NCBI RefSeq assembly: GCF_003334785.1
Contig: NZ_QOWV01000001.1
Reading direction: 5' to 3' (one strand)
DNA length: 64,000 bases
Origin: Escherichia coli
GTDB lineage: Bacteria; Pseudomonadota; Gammaproteobacteria; Enterobacterales; Enterobacteriaceae
In this document: piece after piece, positions 22,052-32,931 of the stretch
Numbering within the stretch: the first letter of the stretch is position 1
How the letters are laid out: the number at the start of each line of letters is the position of its first letter
Program-made: the position numbers and the translations under genes
The notes under the pieces: generated by a model
Seen by the model: only the letters and a program-made list of their open reading frames with translations
Database searches by the model: none
Told to the model about the DNA's origin: nothing

Positions 22052-23647
22052 TTACCCTCGTGCCGCCAGTGCGGTGACTCTGTCGTAAGCGGAACCACTG
22101 CGCAGTACCTCAAGAACGGTTTGCGCATTGGCTTGCAGATCTTCATGGCCATGCAGGCGCATTAACATGGCGACGTTCGCAGCGACGGCTGCTTCATGGG
22201 CGGCGTCGCCTTTACCTTGTAACAAACGTGTTAAAATGTCACGGTTTTCTTCCGGTGTTCCGCCTGCCAGTTGCTCCTGGTGGTAGGGTGTCAGGCCAAA
22301 GTCTTCTGCGGTGAGCTGATAGCTTTTAATTTCGCCGTCATGCAGTTCGGCAACGATTGTCGGCGCGTGTAATGAAACTTCATCCATCCCGCCGCTGTGC
22401 ACCACCGCCGCGCGTTGATACCCCAGCACGCGCAAGGTTTCGGCAATCGGCAGCACCAGTTCCGGACTATAAACACCAATTAACGCCAGCGGCGGATGCG
22501 CCGGGTTAATCAATGGCCCCAGCACATTGAACAGGGTGCGGGTTTTCAGTTGCTGGCGAACCGGCATCGCGTGGCGGAATCCGGTGTGATACTTCGGCGC
22601 AAAGAGGAAACATACACCTAACTCATCCAGCGCCTGGCGCGATTTATCGGCGTTCATATCAAGATTAATACCGAACGCCGCCAGCAGATCGGACGAACCA
22701 GATTTACTGGAGACGCTACGGTTGCCGTGTTTCGCCACTTTCAGCCCACAGGCCGCGGCGACAAACGCACTGGCGGTAGAAATATTGATACTGTTGCTGC
22801 CGTCACCGCCAGTACCGACGATATCAGCAAACAGATAATCCGGGCGCGGGAACGGCGCTGCGTTTTCCAGTAGCGCGGTTGCTGCCCCGGCGATCTCGTT
22901 CGGGTGCTCACCGCGAATTTTCATGCTCACCAGCGCCGCCGCCAGTTGTTCCGGCTTCAGCTCGCCACGCACCACCACTGAAAACAGCTGGTGGCTTTCT
23001 TGTTGGCTAAGCGTCTGCGCCTGATACAGTTTTTCCAGAATCGGTTGCAGCGTGTTGGCTGGCTCTAGTTTCTGCTGCGCCCAGGCCAGCGTTTGTTCCA
23101 GCAGGCGAGCGCCCTGGGTGGTGAGAATGGATTCCGGATGGAACTGGAATCCACAAACGCGATCCGCATCGTGACGTACTGCCATCACCATGCCATTAAA
23201 ATGGGCGTTGATGGTTAAACCGGCCGGAATGTTACTGCCAACCAGCGAGTGATAACGCGCCACCGGCAGCGGGTTTGTTAATCCGGCAAACATCGCCTGA
23301 CCGTCATGTTCAATGCTGGAGGCTTTACCGTGGAGAATTTCGCCCGCCTGACCGACATAGCCCCCGTAAGCTTCGACAATCGCCTGATGTCCGAGGCAAA
23401 TGCCAATAATGGGCAGCTTGCCACGCAAGCGGGTGAGGAGTTCCGGCATACAACCGGCTTCGCTCGGCACACCGGGGCCAGGAGAAAGCATCAGCACCGG
23501 ATTGCTCATGGTCGCCAGGCGTTCAATTAAGGTTTGCGCCGGAATATGGTTGCGGTAAATCACCACGTTATGCCCATTGCTGCGCAACTGATCTGCCAGG
23601 TTGTACGTAAAAGAGTCGATATTATCGAGCAGCAGAATGTCAGCCAT
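22052..23647 (-). CDS. trpD: Anthranilate synthase component II / anthranilate phosphoribosyltransferase
   Basis: 531 aa [22 protein letters not shown]... Confidence 0.96.
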   Translation of the reverse strand: MADILLLDNIDSFTYNLADQLRSNGHNVVIYRNHIPAQTLIERLATMSNPVLMLSPGPGVPSEAGCMPELLTRLRGKLPIIGICLGHQAIVEAYGGYVGQAGEILHGKASSIEHDGQAMFAGLTNPLPVARYHSLVGSNIPAGLTINAHFNGMVMAVRHDADRVCGFQFHPESILTTQGARLLEQTLAWAQQKLEPANTLQPILEKLYQAQTLSQQESHQLFSVVVRGELKPEQLAAALVSMKIRGEHPNEIAGAATALLENAAPFPRPDYLFADIVGTGGDGSNSINISTASAFVAAACGLKVAKHGNRSVSSKSGSSDLLAAFGINLDMNADKSRQALDELGVCFLFAPKYHTGFRHAMPVRQQLKTRTLFNVLGPLINPAHPPLALIGVYSPELVLPIAETLRVLGYQRAAVVHSGGMDEVSLHAPTIVAELHDGEIKSYQLTAEDFGLTPYHQEQLAGGTPEENRDILTRLLQGKGDAAHEAAVAANVAMLMRLHGHEDLQANAQTVLEVLRSGSAYDRVTALAARG

Positions 23648-25209
23648 CAGAAAGTCTCCTGTGCATGATGCGCGGTGGCAATAGCGCGCAGTACAGCGCG
23701 GGCTTTGTTACGGGTTTCGTCGGCTTCCGACTGCGGAACAGAATCAAGGACTACACCAGCACCCGCTTGCACGGTGGCGATACCGTTTTCCACCAGCGCC
23801 GAGCGGATCACAATGCAGGTGTCGAGATCGCCATGCGCGGTGAAATAACCTACCGCGCCGCCGTAGCTGCCGCGGCGACGACCTTCCGCCTCGGCAATTA
23901 ACTGCATAGCGCGTACTTTCGGCGCACCGCTTAACGTCCCCATATTCATACAGGCGCGATAAGCGTGCAGGGCGTCAAGATCGTGACGCAGTTCGCCGAC
24001 TACGCGAGAGACGAGGTGCATCACATAGGAATAACGGTCAACTTTGGTGAGATCGGCGACGTAGCGGCTGCCGGGGGTGCAAATGCGTGCCAGATCATTA
24101 CGGGCGAGATCAACCAGCATCAGATGTTCAGACAGCTCTTTATGATCGGTACGCATTTCCAGTTCAATACGGCTGTCGAGATCTCTGTCCAGTGAACCAT
24201 CGGCGCGACGACCGCGTGGGCGTGTTCCGGCAATCGGGTAGATCTCAATCTGGCGGCTGGTGGCATCATACTTGAGCGAGCTTTCCGGCGACGCGCCAAA
24301 TAGGGTGAAATCATTATCCTGCATAAAAAACATGTACGGGCTGGGATTACTCTTTTTCAGCACGTAATAGGCCGCCAGCGGTGACGGGCAGGGCAGAGAG
24401 AAACGGCGAGATGGCACCACCTGGAAAATTTCTCCAGCGCGAATCGCTTTTTGCAACAAACGCACTACGCCACCGAACTCTTCATCGCTCTGATTACATT
24501 CACAACGCATATGCGGCACGGAAACCACTGGCAGCGGCGGCGCGGCTTCGGTCAGTTGCTGACGTAGTTCGTTCAGGCGAGCAGTGAGACGTTGTTTTTC
24601 TTCTTCATTCGGAGCAAACAGGCTGGCCTGAATACGGGTGCTTTTTTTCTGATGGTCAATCACCATCAGCGTTTCAGCGAGATAAAAACAGAAATCAGGG
24701 CAGTTATTTTCCGCTGACAGTTGCGGTAAATCTTCAAATCCCGCCACAAGGTCATAAGAGAACAGGCCGCCGAAGAACATGGCTTCTCGTTCTTCCTTCG
24801 GTACATTCAACAGATTCTGCAATAAACGGAAAGCGTCAAAAACCGAAAGGGAGCATAAGCGGGCGTCTTCATCCAGCAGTGGACTGACAGGGGGGAAGCG
24901 CAGCACACGGCAGTTTGGTGATTGTTCACTTTCCACACCCGCAGGCAGGGCGTTATCCAGTAGTGCCAGCAGGGCTTCGCCGTTGCCGGAAAGTGCCTGG
25001 ATTGTGACAGTGTCACCTAAAGCTGTAATGCGCAGCGCACTGTCTACCAGCAGCAGGCTTTTTAAATCATCTTTGCTGTCGATATCTGCGGATTCCAGCA
25101 GCAGCGTTGCCGGACGATCCCCACACAACTGGTGAAAAAGCGCGGTGGGATTGTCGCGATAAGCGCCTTCGCAGGTTAGCAGTTCGAGAGTCGGTTTTTG
25201 TGTTTGCAT
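23647..25209 (-). CDS. trpE: Anthranilate synthase component I
   Basis: 520 aa [28 protein letters not shown]...; 1-nt overlap with trpD. Confidence 0.97.
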   Translation of the reverse strand: MQTQKPTLELLTCEGAYRDNPTALFHQLCGDRPATLLLESADIDSKDDLKSLLLVDSALRITALGDTVTIQALSGNGEALLALLDNALPAGVESEQSPNCRVLRFPPVSPLLDEDARLCSLSVFDAFRLLQNLLNVPKEEREAMFFGGLFSYDLVAGFEDLPQLSAENNCPDFCFYLAETLMVIDHQKKSTRIQASLFAPNEEEKQRLTARLNELRQQLTEAAPPLPVVSVPHMRCECNQSDEEFGGVVRLLQKAIRAGEIFQVVPSRRFSLPCPSPLAAYYVLKKSNPSPYMFFMQDNDFTLFGASPESSLKYDATSRQIEIYPIAGTRPRGRRADGSLDRDLDSRIELEMRTDHKELSEHLMLVDLARNDLARICTPGSRYVADLTKVDRYSYVMHLVSRVVGELRHDLDALHAYRACMNMGTLSGAPKVRAMQLIAEAEGRRRGSYGGAVGYFTAHGDLDTCIVIRSALVENGIATVQAGAGVVLDSVPQSEADETRNKARAVLRAIATAHHAQETF

Positions 25210-25230
25210 TGTTATTCTCTAATTTTGTTC

Positions 25231-25258
25231 AAAAAAAAGCCCGCTCATTAGGCGGGCT
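25231..25258 (-). terminator. trp attenuator (leader terminator)
   Basis: Minus strand reads agcccgcctaatgagcgggc followed by eight T; located between trpL and trpE. Confidence 0.92.
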
Positions 25259-25300
25259 GGGTATCTGATTGCTTTACGCATGGTGAATACACTGCCCGTT

Positions 25301-25345
25301 TCAGGAAGTGCGCCACCAACCTTTCAGTACGAAAATTGCTTTCAT
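25301..25345 (-). CDS. trpL: trp operon leader peptide (14 aa, tandem Trp codons)
   Basis: Minus strand atgaaagcaattttcgtactgaaaggttggtggcgcacttcctga = [14 protein letters not shown]; Trp codons at complement 25313-25318. Confidence 0.93.
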
Positions 25346-25370
25346 TGTCGATACCCTTTTTACGTGAACT

Positions 25371-25407
25371 TGCGTACTAGTTAACTAGTTCGATGATTAA
25401 TTGTCAA
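25371..25407 (-). promoter_or_regulatory. trp promoter with TrpR operator
   Basis: Perfect dyad gtactagttaactagtac (operator overlapping -10 TTAACT) and -35 TTGACA at complement 25402-25407. Confidence 0.88.
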
Positions 25408-25482
25408 CAGCTCATTTCAGAATATTTGCCAGAACCGTTATGATGTCGGCGCAAAAAACATTATCCAGAACGGGAGTGCGCC

Positions 25483-26364
25483 TTGAGCGACACGAATTAT
25501 GCAGTGATTTACGACCTGCACAGCCATACCACAGCTTCCGATGGCTGCCTGACGCCAGAAGCATTGGTGCACCGTGCAGTCGAGATGCGCGTCGGCACCC
25601 TGGCGATCACCGACCATGACACCACAGCTGCAATCGCGCCAGCAAGAGAGGAAATTTCACGTTCGGGACTGGCGTTGAATCTTATTCCCGGCGTGGAAAT
25701 TTCCACGGTCTGGGAAAATCATGAAATTCATATTGTCGGGCTGAATATTGATATTACTCATCCGCTAATGTGTGAGTTCCTCGCGCAGCAGACAGAACGG
25801 CGCAATCAGCGGGCGCAGCTGATTGCCGAAAGACTTGAAAAAGCGCAAATACCTGGGGCGCTGGAAGGCGCACAACGACTGGCGCAGGGCGGCGCAGTGA
25901 CGCGCGGTCATTTTGCGCGTTTCCTTGTTGAGTGCGGCAAAGCCAGTTCAATGGCGGATGTCTTTAAAAAGTATCTGGCGCGCGGGAAAACCGGATACGT
26001 TCCGCCACAGTGGTGTACAATAGAACAAGCTATTGATGTCATTCATCATTCTGGCGGTAAGGCGGTGCTAGCTCATCCTGGGCGGTACAATCTTAGTGCT
26101 AAATGGCTGAAAAGATTGGTTGCGCATTTTGCCGAACACCACGGTGACGCGATGGAAGTCGCGCAGTGCCAGCAATCGCCCAATGAACGTACCCAGCTGG
26201 CGGCCCTTGCGCGTCAGCATCATTTATGGGCATCACAAGGATCTGATTTTCATCAGCCATGCCCGTGGATCGAACTGGGTCGTAAACTCTGGCTGCCCGC
26301 AGGCGTTGAAGGCGTCTGGCAGCTATGGGAACAGCCGCAGAACACCACAGAGAGGGAATTATGA
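25483..26364 (+). CDS. rnm: PHP-domain 5'-3' exoribonuclease RNase AM (TrpH/YciV)
   Basis: 293 aa; PHP metal-binding motifs (DLHSHTTASDG, ITDHD). Confidence 0.9.
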   Translation: MSDTNYAVIYDLHSHTTASDGCLTPEALVHRAVEMRVGTLAITDHDTTAAIAPAREEISRSGLALNLIPGVEISTVWENHEIHIVGLNIDITHPLMCEFLAQQTERRNQRAQLIAERLEKAQIPGALEGAQRLAQGGAVTRGHFARFLVECGKASSMADVFKKYLARGKTGYVPPQWCTIEQAIDVIHHSGGKAVLAHPGRYNLSAKWLKRLVAHFAEHHGDAMEVAQCQQSPNERTQLAALARQHHLWASQGSDFHQPCPWIELGRKLWLPAGVEGVWQLWEQPQNTTEREL

Positions 26365-26981
26365 GCCAGTTTTTTTATATTCATCCTGATAACCCACAGC
26401 AACGTCTGATCAACCAGGCGGTGGAGATCGTGCGTAAAGGCGGGGTGATTGTTTATCCAACTGATTCCGGCTATGCGCTCGGCTGTAAAATTGAAGATAA
26501 AAACGCGATGGAGCGTATTTGTCGTATTCGCCAGCTGCCGGACGGTCACAACTTTACCCTGATGTGTCGCGATCTTTCTGAACTCTCGACCTATTCATTT
26601 GTTGATAACGTTGCGTTTCGTTTAATGAAAAACAACACGCCGGGCAACTATACCTTCATCCTGAAGGGGACGAAGGAAGTGCCACGCCGTCTGTTGCAGG
26701 AAAAACGCAAAACCATCGGTATGCGTGTGCCTTCTAACCCTATCGCTCAGGCGTTACTTGAAGCATTGGGCGAACCGATGCTTTCCACTTCGCTAATGCT
26801 GCCAGGCAGCGAATTTACCGAATCGGACCCGGAAGAAATTAAAGATCGTCTGGAAAAACAGGTAGATTTGATTATTCACGGCGGCTATCTCGGGCAGAAA
26901 CCGACAACGGTTATTGATCTTACCGATGATACGCCGGTCGTGGTGCGTGAAGGCGTAGGTGATGTGAAGCCTTTCTTATAA
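26361..26981 (+). CDS. yciO: YrdC/Sua5-family protein YciO
   Basis: 206 aa from ATG 26361 (MSQFFYIHPDNPQQRL...); ATGA overlap with rnm stop. Confidence 0.9.
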   Translation: MSQFFYIHPDNPQQRLINQAVEIVRKGGVIVYPTDSGYALGCKIEDKNAMERICRIRQLPDGHNFTLMCRDLSELSTYSFVDNVAFRLMKNNTPGNYTFILKGTKEVPRRLLQEKRKTIGMRVPSNPIAQALLEALGEPMLSTSLMLPGSEFTESDPEEIKDRLEKQVDLIIHGGYLGQKPTTVIDLTDDTPVVVREGVGDVKPFL

Positions 26982-27008
26982 CAAATTGCGTTCCACGGAT
27001 GGAAGACT

Positions 27009-28904
27009 ATGGCAGGGAAGTTTCGCTGCATTTTGCTGTTGATAGCAGGGCTGTTTGTATCATCTCTAAGTTATGCAGAAAACACGGAGATCCCTTCTTA
27101 TGAAGAAGGGATCTCGCTCTTTGATGTTGAAGCCACTCTGCAACCAGATGGGGTGCTCGACATCAAAGAAAATATTCATTTTCAGGCGCGAAATCAGCAG
27201 ATTAAGCACGGCTTTTATCGTGATTTACCACGACTATGGATGCAGCCTGATGGGGACGCTGCACTGCTGAACTATCATATTGTTGGCGTCACCCGTGATG
27301 GTATTCCTGAACCCTGGCATCTTGACTGGCATATCGGGTTAATGAGTATTGTCGTGGGCGATAAACAACGTTTCTTGCCTCAAGGCGACTATCATTATCA
27401 AATTCATTATCAGGTTAAAAATGCTTTCCTGCGTGAGGGGGATTCTGATCTGCTAATCTGGAACGTGACCGGTAACCACTGGCCGTTTGAAATTTATAAG
27501 ACCCGTTTTTCTCTCCAGTTCTCTAATATTGCGGGTAATCCATTTAGCGAAATCGATCTCTTTACCGGAGAAGAGGGCGACACATATCGTAATGGCCGCA
27601 TCCTTGAGGACGGAAGAATTGAATCCCGCGATCCGTTTTATCGTGAAGATTTCACGGTCCTCTACCGCTGGCCTCACGCTTTACTTAGCAATGCCTCGGC
27701 TCCGCAAACGACGAATATTTTCAGCCATCTTCTTTTACCCTCCACGTCATCGTTGTTAATTTGGTTTCCGTGTCTGTTCCTGGTTTGTGGATGGTTATAT
27801 CTCTGGAAGCGCAGGCCGCAATTTACGCCGGTAGATGTGATTGAAACCGATGTCATTCCGCCAGATTACACGCCCGGCATGTTACGTCTCGATGCGAAGC
27901 TAGTTTACGACGATAAAGGTTTTTGTGCCGATATCGTAAATCTGATTGTGAAAGGAAAAATTCATCTGGAAGATCAGTCTGACAAGAACCAGCAAATCCT
28001 GATTCGTGTTAATGAAGGCGCGACCAGAAATAATGCGGTATTACTGCCCGCAGAGCAGTTATTACTGGAAGCGTTATTTCGTAAAGGCGATAAGGTCGTT
28101 CTTACGGGGAGACGCAACAGAGTCTTACGCAGGGCATTTTTACGGATGCAGAAATTTTATCTGCCGCGTAAAAAGTCTTCGTTTTACCGGTCTGATACTT
28201 TTTTGCAATGGGGTGGACTGGCAATATTGGCGGTCATTCTTTACGGTAACTTGAGTCCTGTAGGCTGGGCAGGAATGAGTCTGGTGGGCGATATGTTTAT
28301 TATGATCTGCTGGATTATTCCTTTTTTATTTTGTTCCCTTGAGCTTTTGTTTGCCCGCGATGATGACAAGCCTTGCGTTAATCGTGTAATCATCACTTTG
28401 TTTTTACCACTGATTTGTTCAGGCGTGGCCTTCTATTCTCTCTACATCAATGTCGGAGATGTATTCTTTTACTGGTATATGCCAGCGGGTTATTTTACCG
28501 CTGTTTGCCTGACCGGTTATCTCACTGGCATGGGGTATATTTTTCTGCCAAAGTTTACCCAAACTGGACAGCAACGTTATGCCCACGGTGAAGCTATCGT
28601 TAACTATCTTGCGCGTAAAGAGGCAGCAACACACAGTGGACGTCGGCGGAAAGGGGAAACACGGAAACTGGATTACGCGTTGCTAGGTTGGGCTATATCG
28701 GCAAATTTGGGGAGGGAATGGGCGTTACGCATTGCCCCTTCGCTTTCTTCGGCGATTCGCGCTCCAGAGATTGCCCGTAACGGCGTTTTATTCTCATTAC
28801 AGACGCACCTAAGTTGCGGGGCCAATACCAGTTTGTTGGGGCGAAGTTATTCCGGTGGTGGTGCTGGCGGCGGCGCGGGTGGCGGAGGCGGTGGTGGCTG
28901 GTAA
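27009..28904 (+). CDS. yciQ: DUF2207 family membrane protein YciQ with Gly-rich C-terminal tail
   Basis: 631 aa; N-terminal signal/TM, several TM helices in C-terminal half, tail SGGGAGGGAGGGGGGGW. Confidence 0.88.
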   Translation: MAGKFRCILLLIAGLFVSSLSYAENTEIPSYEEGISLFDVEATLQPDGVLDIKENIHFQARNQQIKHGFYRDLPRLWMQPDGDAALLNYHIVGVTRDGIPEPWHLDWHIGLMSIVVGDKQRFLPQGDYHYQIHYQVKNAFLREGDSDLLIWNVTGNHWPFEIYKTRFSLQFSNIAGNPFSEIDLFTGEEGDTYRNGRILEDGRIESRDPFYREDFTVLYRWPHALLSNASAPQTTNIFSHLLLPSTSSLLIWFPCLFLVCGWLYLWKRRPQFTPVDVIETDVIPPDYTPGMLRLDAKLVYDDKGFCADIVNLIVKGKIHLEDQSDKNQQILIRVNEGATRNNAVLLPAEQLLLEALFRKGDKVVLTGRRNRVLRRAFLRMQKFYLPRKKSSFYRSDTFLQWGGLAILAVILYGNLSPVGWAGMSLVGDMFIMICWIIPFLFCSLELLFARDDDKPCVNRVIITLFLPLICSGVAFYSLYINVGDVFFYWYMPAGYFTAVCLTGYLTGMGYIFLPKFTQTGQQRYAHGEAIVNYLARKEAATHSGRRRKGETRKLDYALLGWAISANLGREWALRIAPSLSSAIRAPEIARNGVLFSLQTHLSCGANTSLLGRSYSGGGAGGGAGGGGGGGW

Positions 28905-29114
28905 TTAAGCTGATGTTAATCGAAACAAGCTTTAACCATAAAGATAGTGTAGTATGTTGCGCCTCAAAGCCAGGCCGATAAACGTCGAGTCGTTTACTTA
29001 AGGCCTGAAGAGTTCAAACAGACTTTACTATCAGTGAGTCAGATGTAAGTTCTGACTCACTGTTGCACAAAAGCATATCAGACGCCTGGGAAGGCGACAC
29101 CAAAAGGAAGCTCT

Positions 29115-29990
29115 ATGAGCGAAAAGCTACAGAAAGTGCTGGCGCGTGCCGGCCACGGTTCTCGCCGTGAAATCGAATCTATTATTGAAGCCGGTCGTGT
29201 GAGTGTTGATGGCAAAATTGCTAAACTCGGCGATCGTGTTGAAGTTACCCCTGGATTGAAAATCCGTATCGATGGTCACCTGATTTCGGTACGTGAGTCC
29301 GCTGAACAAATTTGTCGCGTTCTGGCCTATTACAAACCGGAAGGTGAGTTGTGTACCCGTAACGATCCGGAAGGACGTCCAACGGTGTTTGACCGTCTGC
29401 CAAAACTGCGTGGCGCACGCTGGATTGCCGTGGGTCGCTTGGACGTTAATACCTGTGGTCTGCTGCTGTTCACCACCGATGGTGAACTGGCAAACCGTTT
29501 AATGCACCCAAGCCGTGAAGTTGAACGTGAATATGCCGTGCGTGTATTTGGTCAGGTTGACGACGCGAAACTGCGTGATTTGAGTCGTGGCGTGCAGTTG
29601 GAAGATGGTCCGGCAGCTTTTAAAACCATCAAGTTCAGCGGCGGCGAAGGGATCAACCAGTGGTACAACGTGACTCTGACCGAAGGCCGTAACCGTGAAG
29701 TTCGTCGTCTGTGGGAAGCGGTTGGTGTGCAGGTGAGCCGCCTGATCCGTGTTCGTTACGGTGATATCCCACTGCCAAAAGGTCTGCCACGCGGTGGCTG
29801 GACGGAGCTGGACCTCGCCCAGACTAACTATCTGCGCGAACTGGTGGAGCTACCGCCAGAAACCAGCTCTAAAGTCGCTGTAGAAAAAGACCGTCGTCGC
29901 ATGAAGGCGAATCAGATTCGTCGTGCGGTGAAACGTCACAGTCAGGTGAGCGGCGGTCGTCGTTCTGGCGGACGTAATAATAACGGTTAA
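29115..29990 (+). CDS. rluB: 23S rRNA pseudouridine(2605) synthase RluB
   Basis: 291 aa; S4 domain [21 protein letters not shown]..., Arg/Gly-rich tail. Confidence 0.95.
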
Positions 29991-29997
29991 TCAAAGT

Positions 29998-30024
29998 ATG
30001 CCGGACGTCATATCCGGCATTTTT
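29998..30024. terminator. Terminator hairpin between convergent rluB and btuR
   Basis: atgccgga/tccggcat inverted repeat followed by TTTT 30021-30024. Confidence 0.75.
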
Positions 30025-30029
30025 ACAGA

Positions 30030-30620
30030 TTAATAATCGATCCCTATCTGCGCTTTTACACCGGCATCAAACGCATGTTTGACGGGGCGTAATTCACTTA
30101 CCGTATCTGCCAGTTCAAGAATATCCCGATGACAACCACGACCCGTGATAATCACCGTCTGTTGATGTGGACGTTCATTTAACGCCTGCACCACTTCTTC
30201 CAGTGGCAAATAGTCATACGCCACCATATACGTCAGTTCATCAAGCAAAACCATATCCAGTGAGGAATCAGCAAGCATCCGCTTTGCATGTTGCCAGACT
30301 TCGCGGCAGGCGGCGGTATCAGACTCGCGGTTTTGTGTATCCCAGGTAAAGCCCGTTGCCATCACCTGAAACTCAACGCCATGTGGCTCCAGCAGATTGC
30401 GTTCGCCATTAGGCCAGGTGCCTTTAATAAACTGCACGACGCCTACTTTTTTTCCGTGACCAACTGCGCGTGTTGCCGTACCAAATGCCGCGGTGGTTTT
30501 GCCTTTTCCATTGCCGGTAAAGACGATGATAATACCGCGTTCATCCTGGGCCTGGGCCACACGAGCATCTACTTTTTCTTTCACTCGCTGCTGACGCTGT
30601 TGGTAGCGTTCATCACTCAT
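30030..30620 (-). CDS. btuR: Cob(I)yrinic acid a,c-diamide (corrinoid) adenosyltransferase
   Basis: 196 aa; P-loop GNGKGKTTAA. Confidence 0.95.
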   Translation of the reverse strand: MSDERYQQRQQRVKEKVDARVAQAQDERGIIIVFTGNGKGKTTAAFGTATRAVGHGKKVGVVQFIKGTWPNGERNLLEPHGVEFQVMATGFTWDTQNRESDTAACREVWQHAKRMLADSSLDMVLLDELTYMVAYDYLPLEEVVQALNERPHQQTVIITGRGCHRDILELADTVSELRPVKHAFDAGVKAQIGIDY

Positions 30621-31375
30621 TGGGAAATTCCTGGTTTACGGCCCGGTTGGGCGTCAAAGGTCATGCCGGTTTTACGGCGGCTGTCATCGCCCATCAGCCA
30701 GAGGTAGAGCGGCATGATATCAGCGGGTGTTTTAAGTTTCTGTGGATCTTCGGTCGGGAAGGCGCTGGCACGCATTGCGGTGCGCGTACCGCCTGGGTTA
30801 ATGCAGTTGACACGCAGGCGCTGCTGATATTCATCGGCCAGTACCTGCATCATCCCTTCGGTGGCAAATTTCGACGCTGCATATGCACCCCAGTTGGCTC
30901 GTCCCTGACGTCCAACGCTTGATGAAGTAAAGACCAGTGAACCGGCGTCCGATTTGAGTAATAAAGGAAGCAGTGCCTGGGTGAGCATAAAGGTGGCATT
31001 AACGTTGACCTGCATGACGTCCTGCCAGACCTGCGGATTTTGTTCGCTCATTGGGCAAACATCGCCGAGCAATCCGGCATTATGCAAAACACCATCCAGA
31101 CGCGGATAATTAACGGCAATGCGCTGTGCCAGTTGTTGGCAATTTTCGGACGTGCAGGTCAGCAAATCGAGAATAAACCACTGTGGCTGACGCCCAGTTT
31201 CTTCGTTTATGTGGCTGGCTACCTGACGTAATTTTTCTTCATTACGGCCCAACAGAATCACTGTCGCACCATAGCGTGCATACGTCATCGCGGCTTCACG
31301 ACCAATACCATCGCTGGCTCCCGTCACCAGGATAATGCGATCATTGAGTAAATCTTGTTTTGGCTGGTAATGCAT
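30617..31375 (-). CDS. yciK: Short-chain dehydrogenase/reductase YciK
   Basis: 252 aa; Rossmann motif VTGASDGIG; ATGA overlap with btuR start. Confidence 0.92.
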   Translation of the reverse strand: MHYQPKQDLLNDRIILVTGASDGIGREAAMTYARYGATVILLGRNEEKLRQVASHINEETGRQPQWFILDLLTCTSENCQQLAQRIAVNYPRLDGVLHNAGLLGDVCPMSEQNPQVWQDVMQVNVNATFMLTQALLPLLLKSDAGSLVFTSSSVGRQGRANWGAYAASKFATEGMMQVLADEYQQRLRVNCINPGGTRTAMRASAFPTEDPQKLKTPADIMPLYLWLMGDDSRRKTGMTFDAQPGRKPGISQ

Positions 31376-31594
31376 GGCTACTCCTCAACGACGTTGTCTG
31401 TCGCGCTGCCAGTGTACTTTATGACTTTGGGGCTTTATGCCTGAAACAGAAGGGCATTTCAATCAGCCTGGGGCGATAACACCGCAAAATGGATACTTTG
31501 TCATACTTTCGCTGCAATAACATCTCTGCGAGACGGCTTAACATGCCTGTTGTAAACTGTGAGCCAAAGCGTTGTTTAACCAAGGTGGGGACTC

Positions 31595-32644
31595 GTGGAA
31601 TTGTTGTCTGAATATGGTTTGTTTTTGGCGAAAATCGTTACCGTTGTGCTAGCGATTGCGGCGATTGCCGCCATTATTGTCAATGTTGCTCAACGTAATA
31701 AACGCCAGCGTGGCGAGTTACGGGTCAACAATCTCAGCGAACAGTATAAGGAGATGAAAGAAGAACTGGCCGCGGCGCTGATGGACTCACATCAGCAAAA
31801 ACAGTGGCACAAAGCGCAGAAGAAAAAGCATAAGCAAGAAGCGAAAGCAGCAAAAGCGAAAGCCAAACTGGGCGAGGTGGCAACTGACAGTAAACCCCGC
31901 GTCTGGGTGCTGGATTTTAAAGGCAGCATGGACGCCCATGAAGTGAACTCGCTACGTGAAGAGATAACGGCTGTACTCGCAGCATTCAAACCGCAGGATC
32001 AGGTTGTGCTCCGTCTGGAAAGCCCTGGTGGCATGGTGCATGGTTACGGGCTGGCGGCTTCGCAACTGCAGCGTCTGCGCGATAAAAACATTCCTTTAAC
32101 TGTTACGGTAGACAAAGTCGCTGCCAGCGGCGGTTACATGATGGCCTGTGTGGCGGACAAAATTGTTTCCGCACCGTTTGCTATTGTGGGTTCCATTGGC
32201 GTGGTGGCGCAAATGCCCAACTTTAACCGCTTCCTGAAAAGCAAAGATATTGATATCGAACTGCACACTGCCGGGCAGTATAAGCGCACGCTGACGTTGC
32301 TGGGTGAAAATACCGAAGAAGGGCGGGAGAAATTCCGCGAAGAGTTGAACGAAACGCATCAGTTGTTTAAAGATTTTGTGAAGCGTATGCGTCCTTCTCT
32401 GGATATTGAACAGGTGGCAACGGGTGAACACTGGTACGGACAACAGGCGGTAGAGAAAGGCCTGGTTGATGAAATCAACACCAGTGATGAAGTTATTCTT
32501 AGCCTGATGGAAGGCCGTGAAGTGGTCAATGTACGCTATATGCAGCGTAAACGACTCATTGACCGATTCACCGGCAGCGCGGCAGAGAGCGCCGATCGAT
32601 TGTTGCTACGCTGGTGGCAGCGGGGTCAAAAGCCATTGATGTAA
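31595..32644 (+). CDS. sohB: Inner-membrane peptidase S49 family SohB
   Basis: 349 aa, GTG start, N-terminal TM then Lys-rich linker and ClpP/crotonase-like domain. Confidence 0.92.
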   Translation: MELLSEYGLFLAKIVTVVLAIAAIAAIIVNVAQRNKRQRGELRVNNLSEQYKEMKEELAAALMDSHQQKQWHKAQKKKHKQEAKAAKAKAKLGEVATDSKPRVWVLDFKGSMDAHEVNSLREEITAVLAAFKPQDQVVLRLESPGGMVHGYGLAASQLQRLRDKNIPLTVTVDKVAASGGYMMACVADKIVSAPFAIVGSIGVVAQMPNFNRFLKSKDIDIELHTAGQYKRTLTLLGENTEEGREKFREELNETHQLFKDFVKRMRPSLDIEQVATGEHWYGQQAVEKGLVDEINTSDEVILSLMEGREVVNVRYMQRKRLIDRFTGSAAESADRLLLRWWQRGQKPLM

Positions 32645-32650
32645 AAGACA

Positions 32651-32681
32651 AACGCGAGGCTAAGACCTCGCGTTTTGCTTT
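32651..32681. terminator. Terminator hairpin shared by convergent sohB and yciN
   Basis: aacgcgagg/cctcgcgtt stem, T-rich tail; overlaps yciN stop. Confidence 0.7.
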
Positions 32682-32931
32682 AATCAACCAGATGATATTT
32701 TTCTGAAAGCACATGGGCCAGGTGTTTGAACATATTAAACACCGCGGTGCTTTTGGCTGTTGGCAATCCTTGTTCATCTAAAAAGTAGTCGCCGGTAAAT
32801 ACCAGCACGCCATTACGCTGCGTGACGCCGGTGGCTTCAATCCCTGCGAGCGTATCCTCATGCTCACGAATGATTTTGTTGGCCTCTTTCAACAGCGTTT
32901 CGCGGTCGATGGGTTGTGTCTCTTTGTTCAT
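32680..32931 (-). CDS. yciN: Small protein YciN (DUF2498)
   Basis: 83-aa [29 protein letters not shown]... Confidence 0.88.

Noticed and set aside
28851-28904. G-rich simple repeat as a possible CRISPR or other array
   Set aside because: It is an in-frame GGN codon tract inside yciQ with no spacer-repeat periodicity; no CRISPR-like arrays anywhere in the window.
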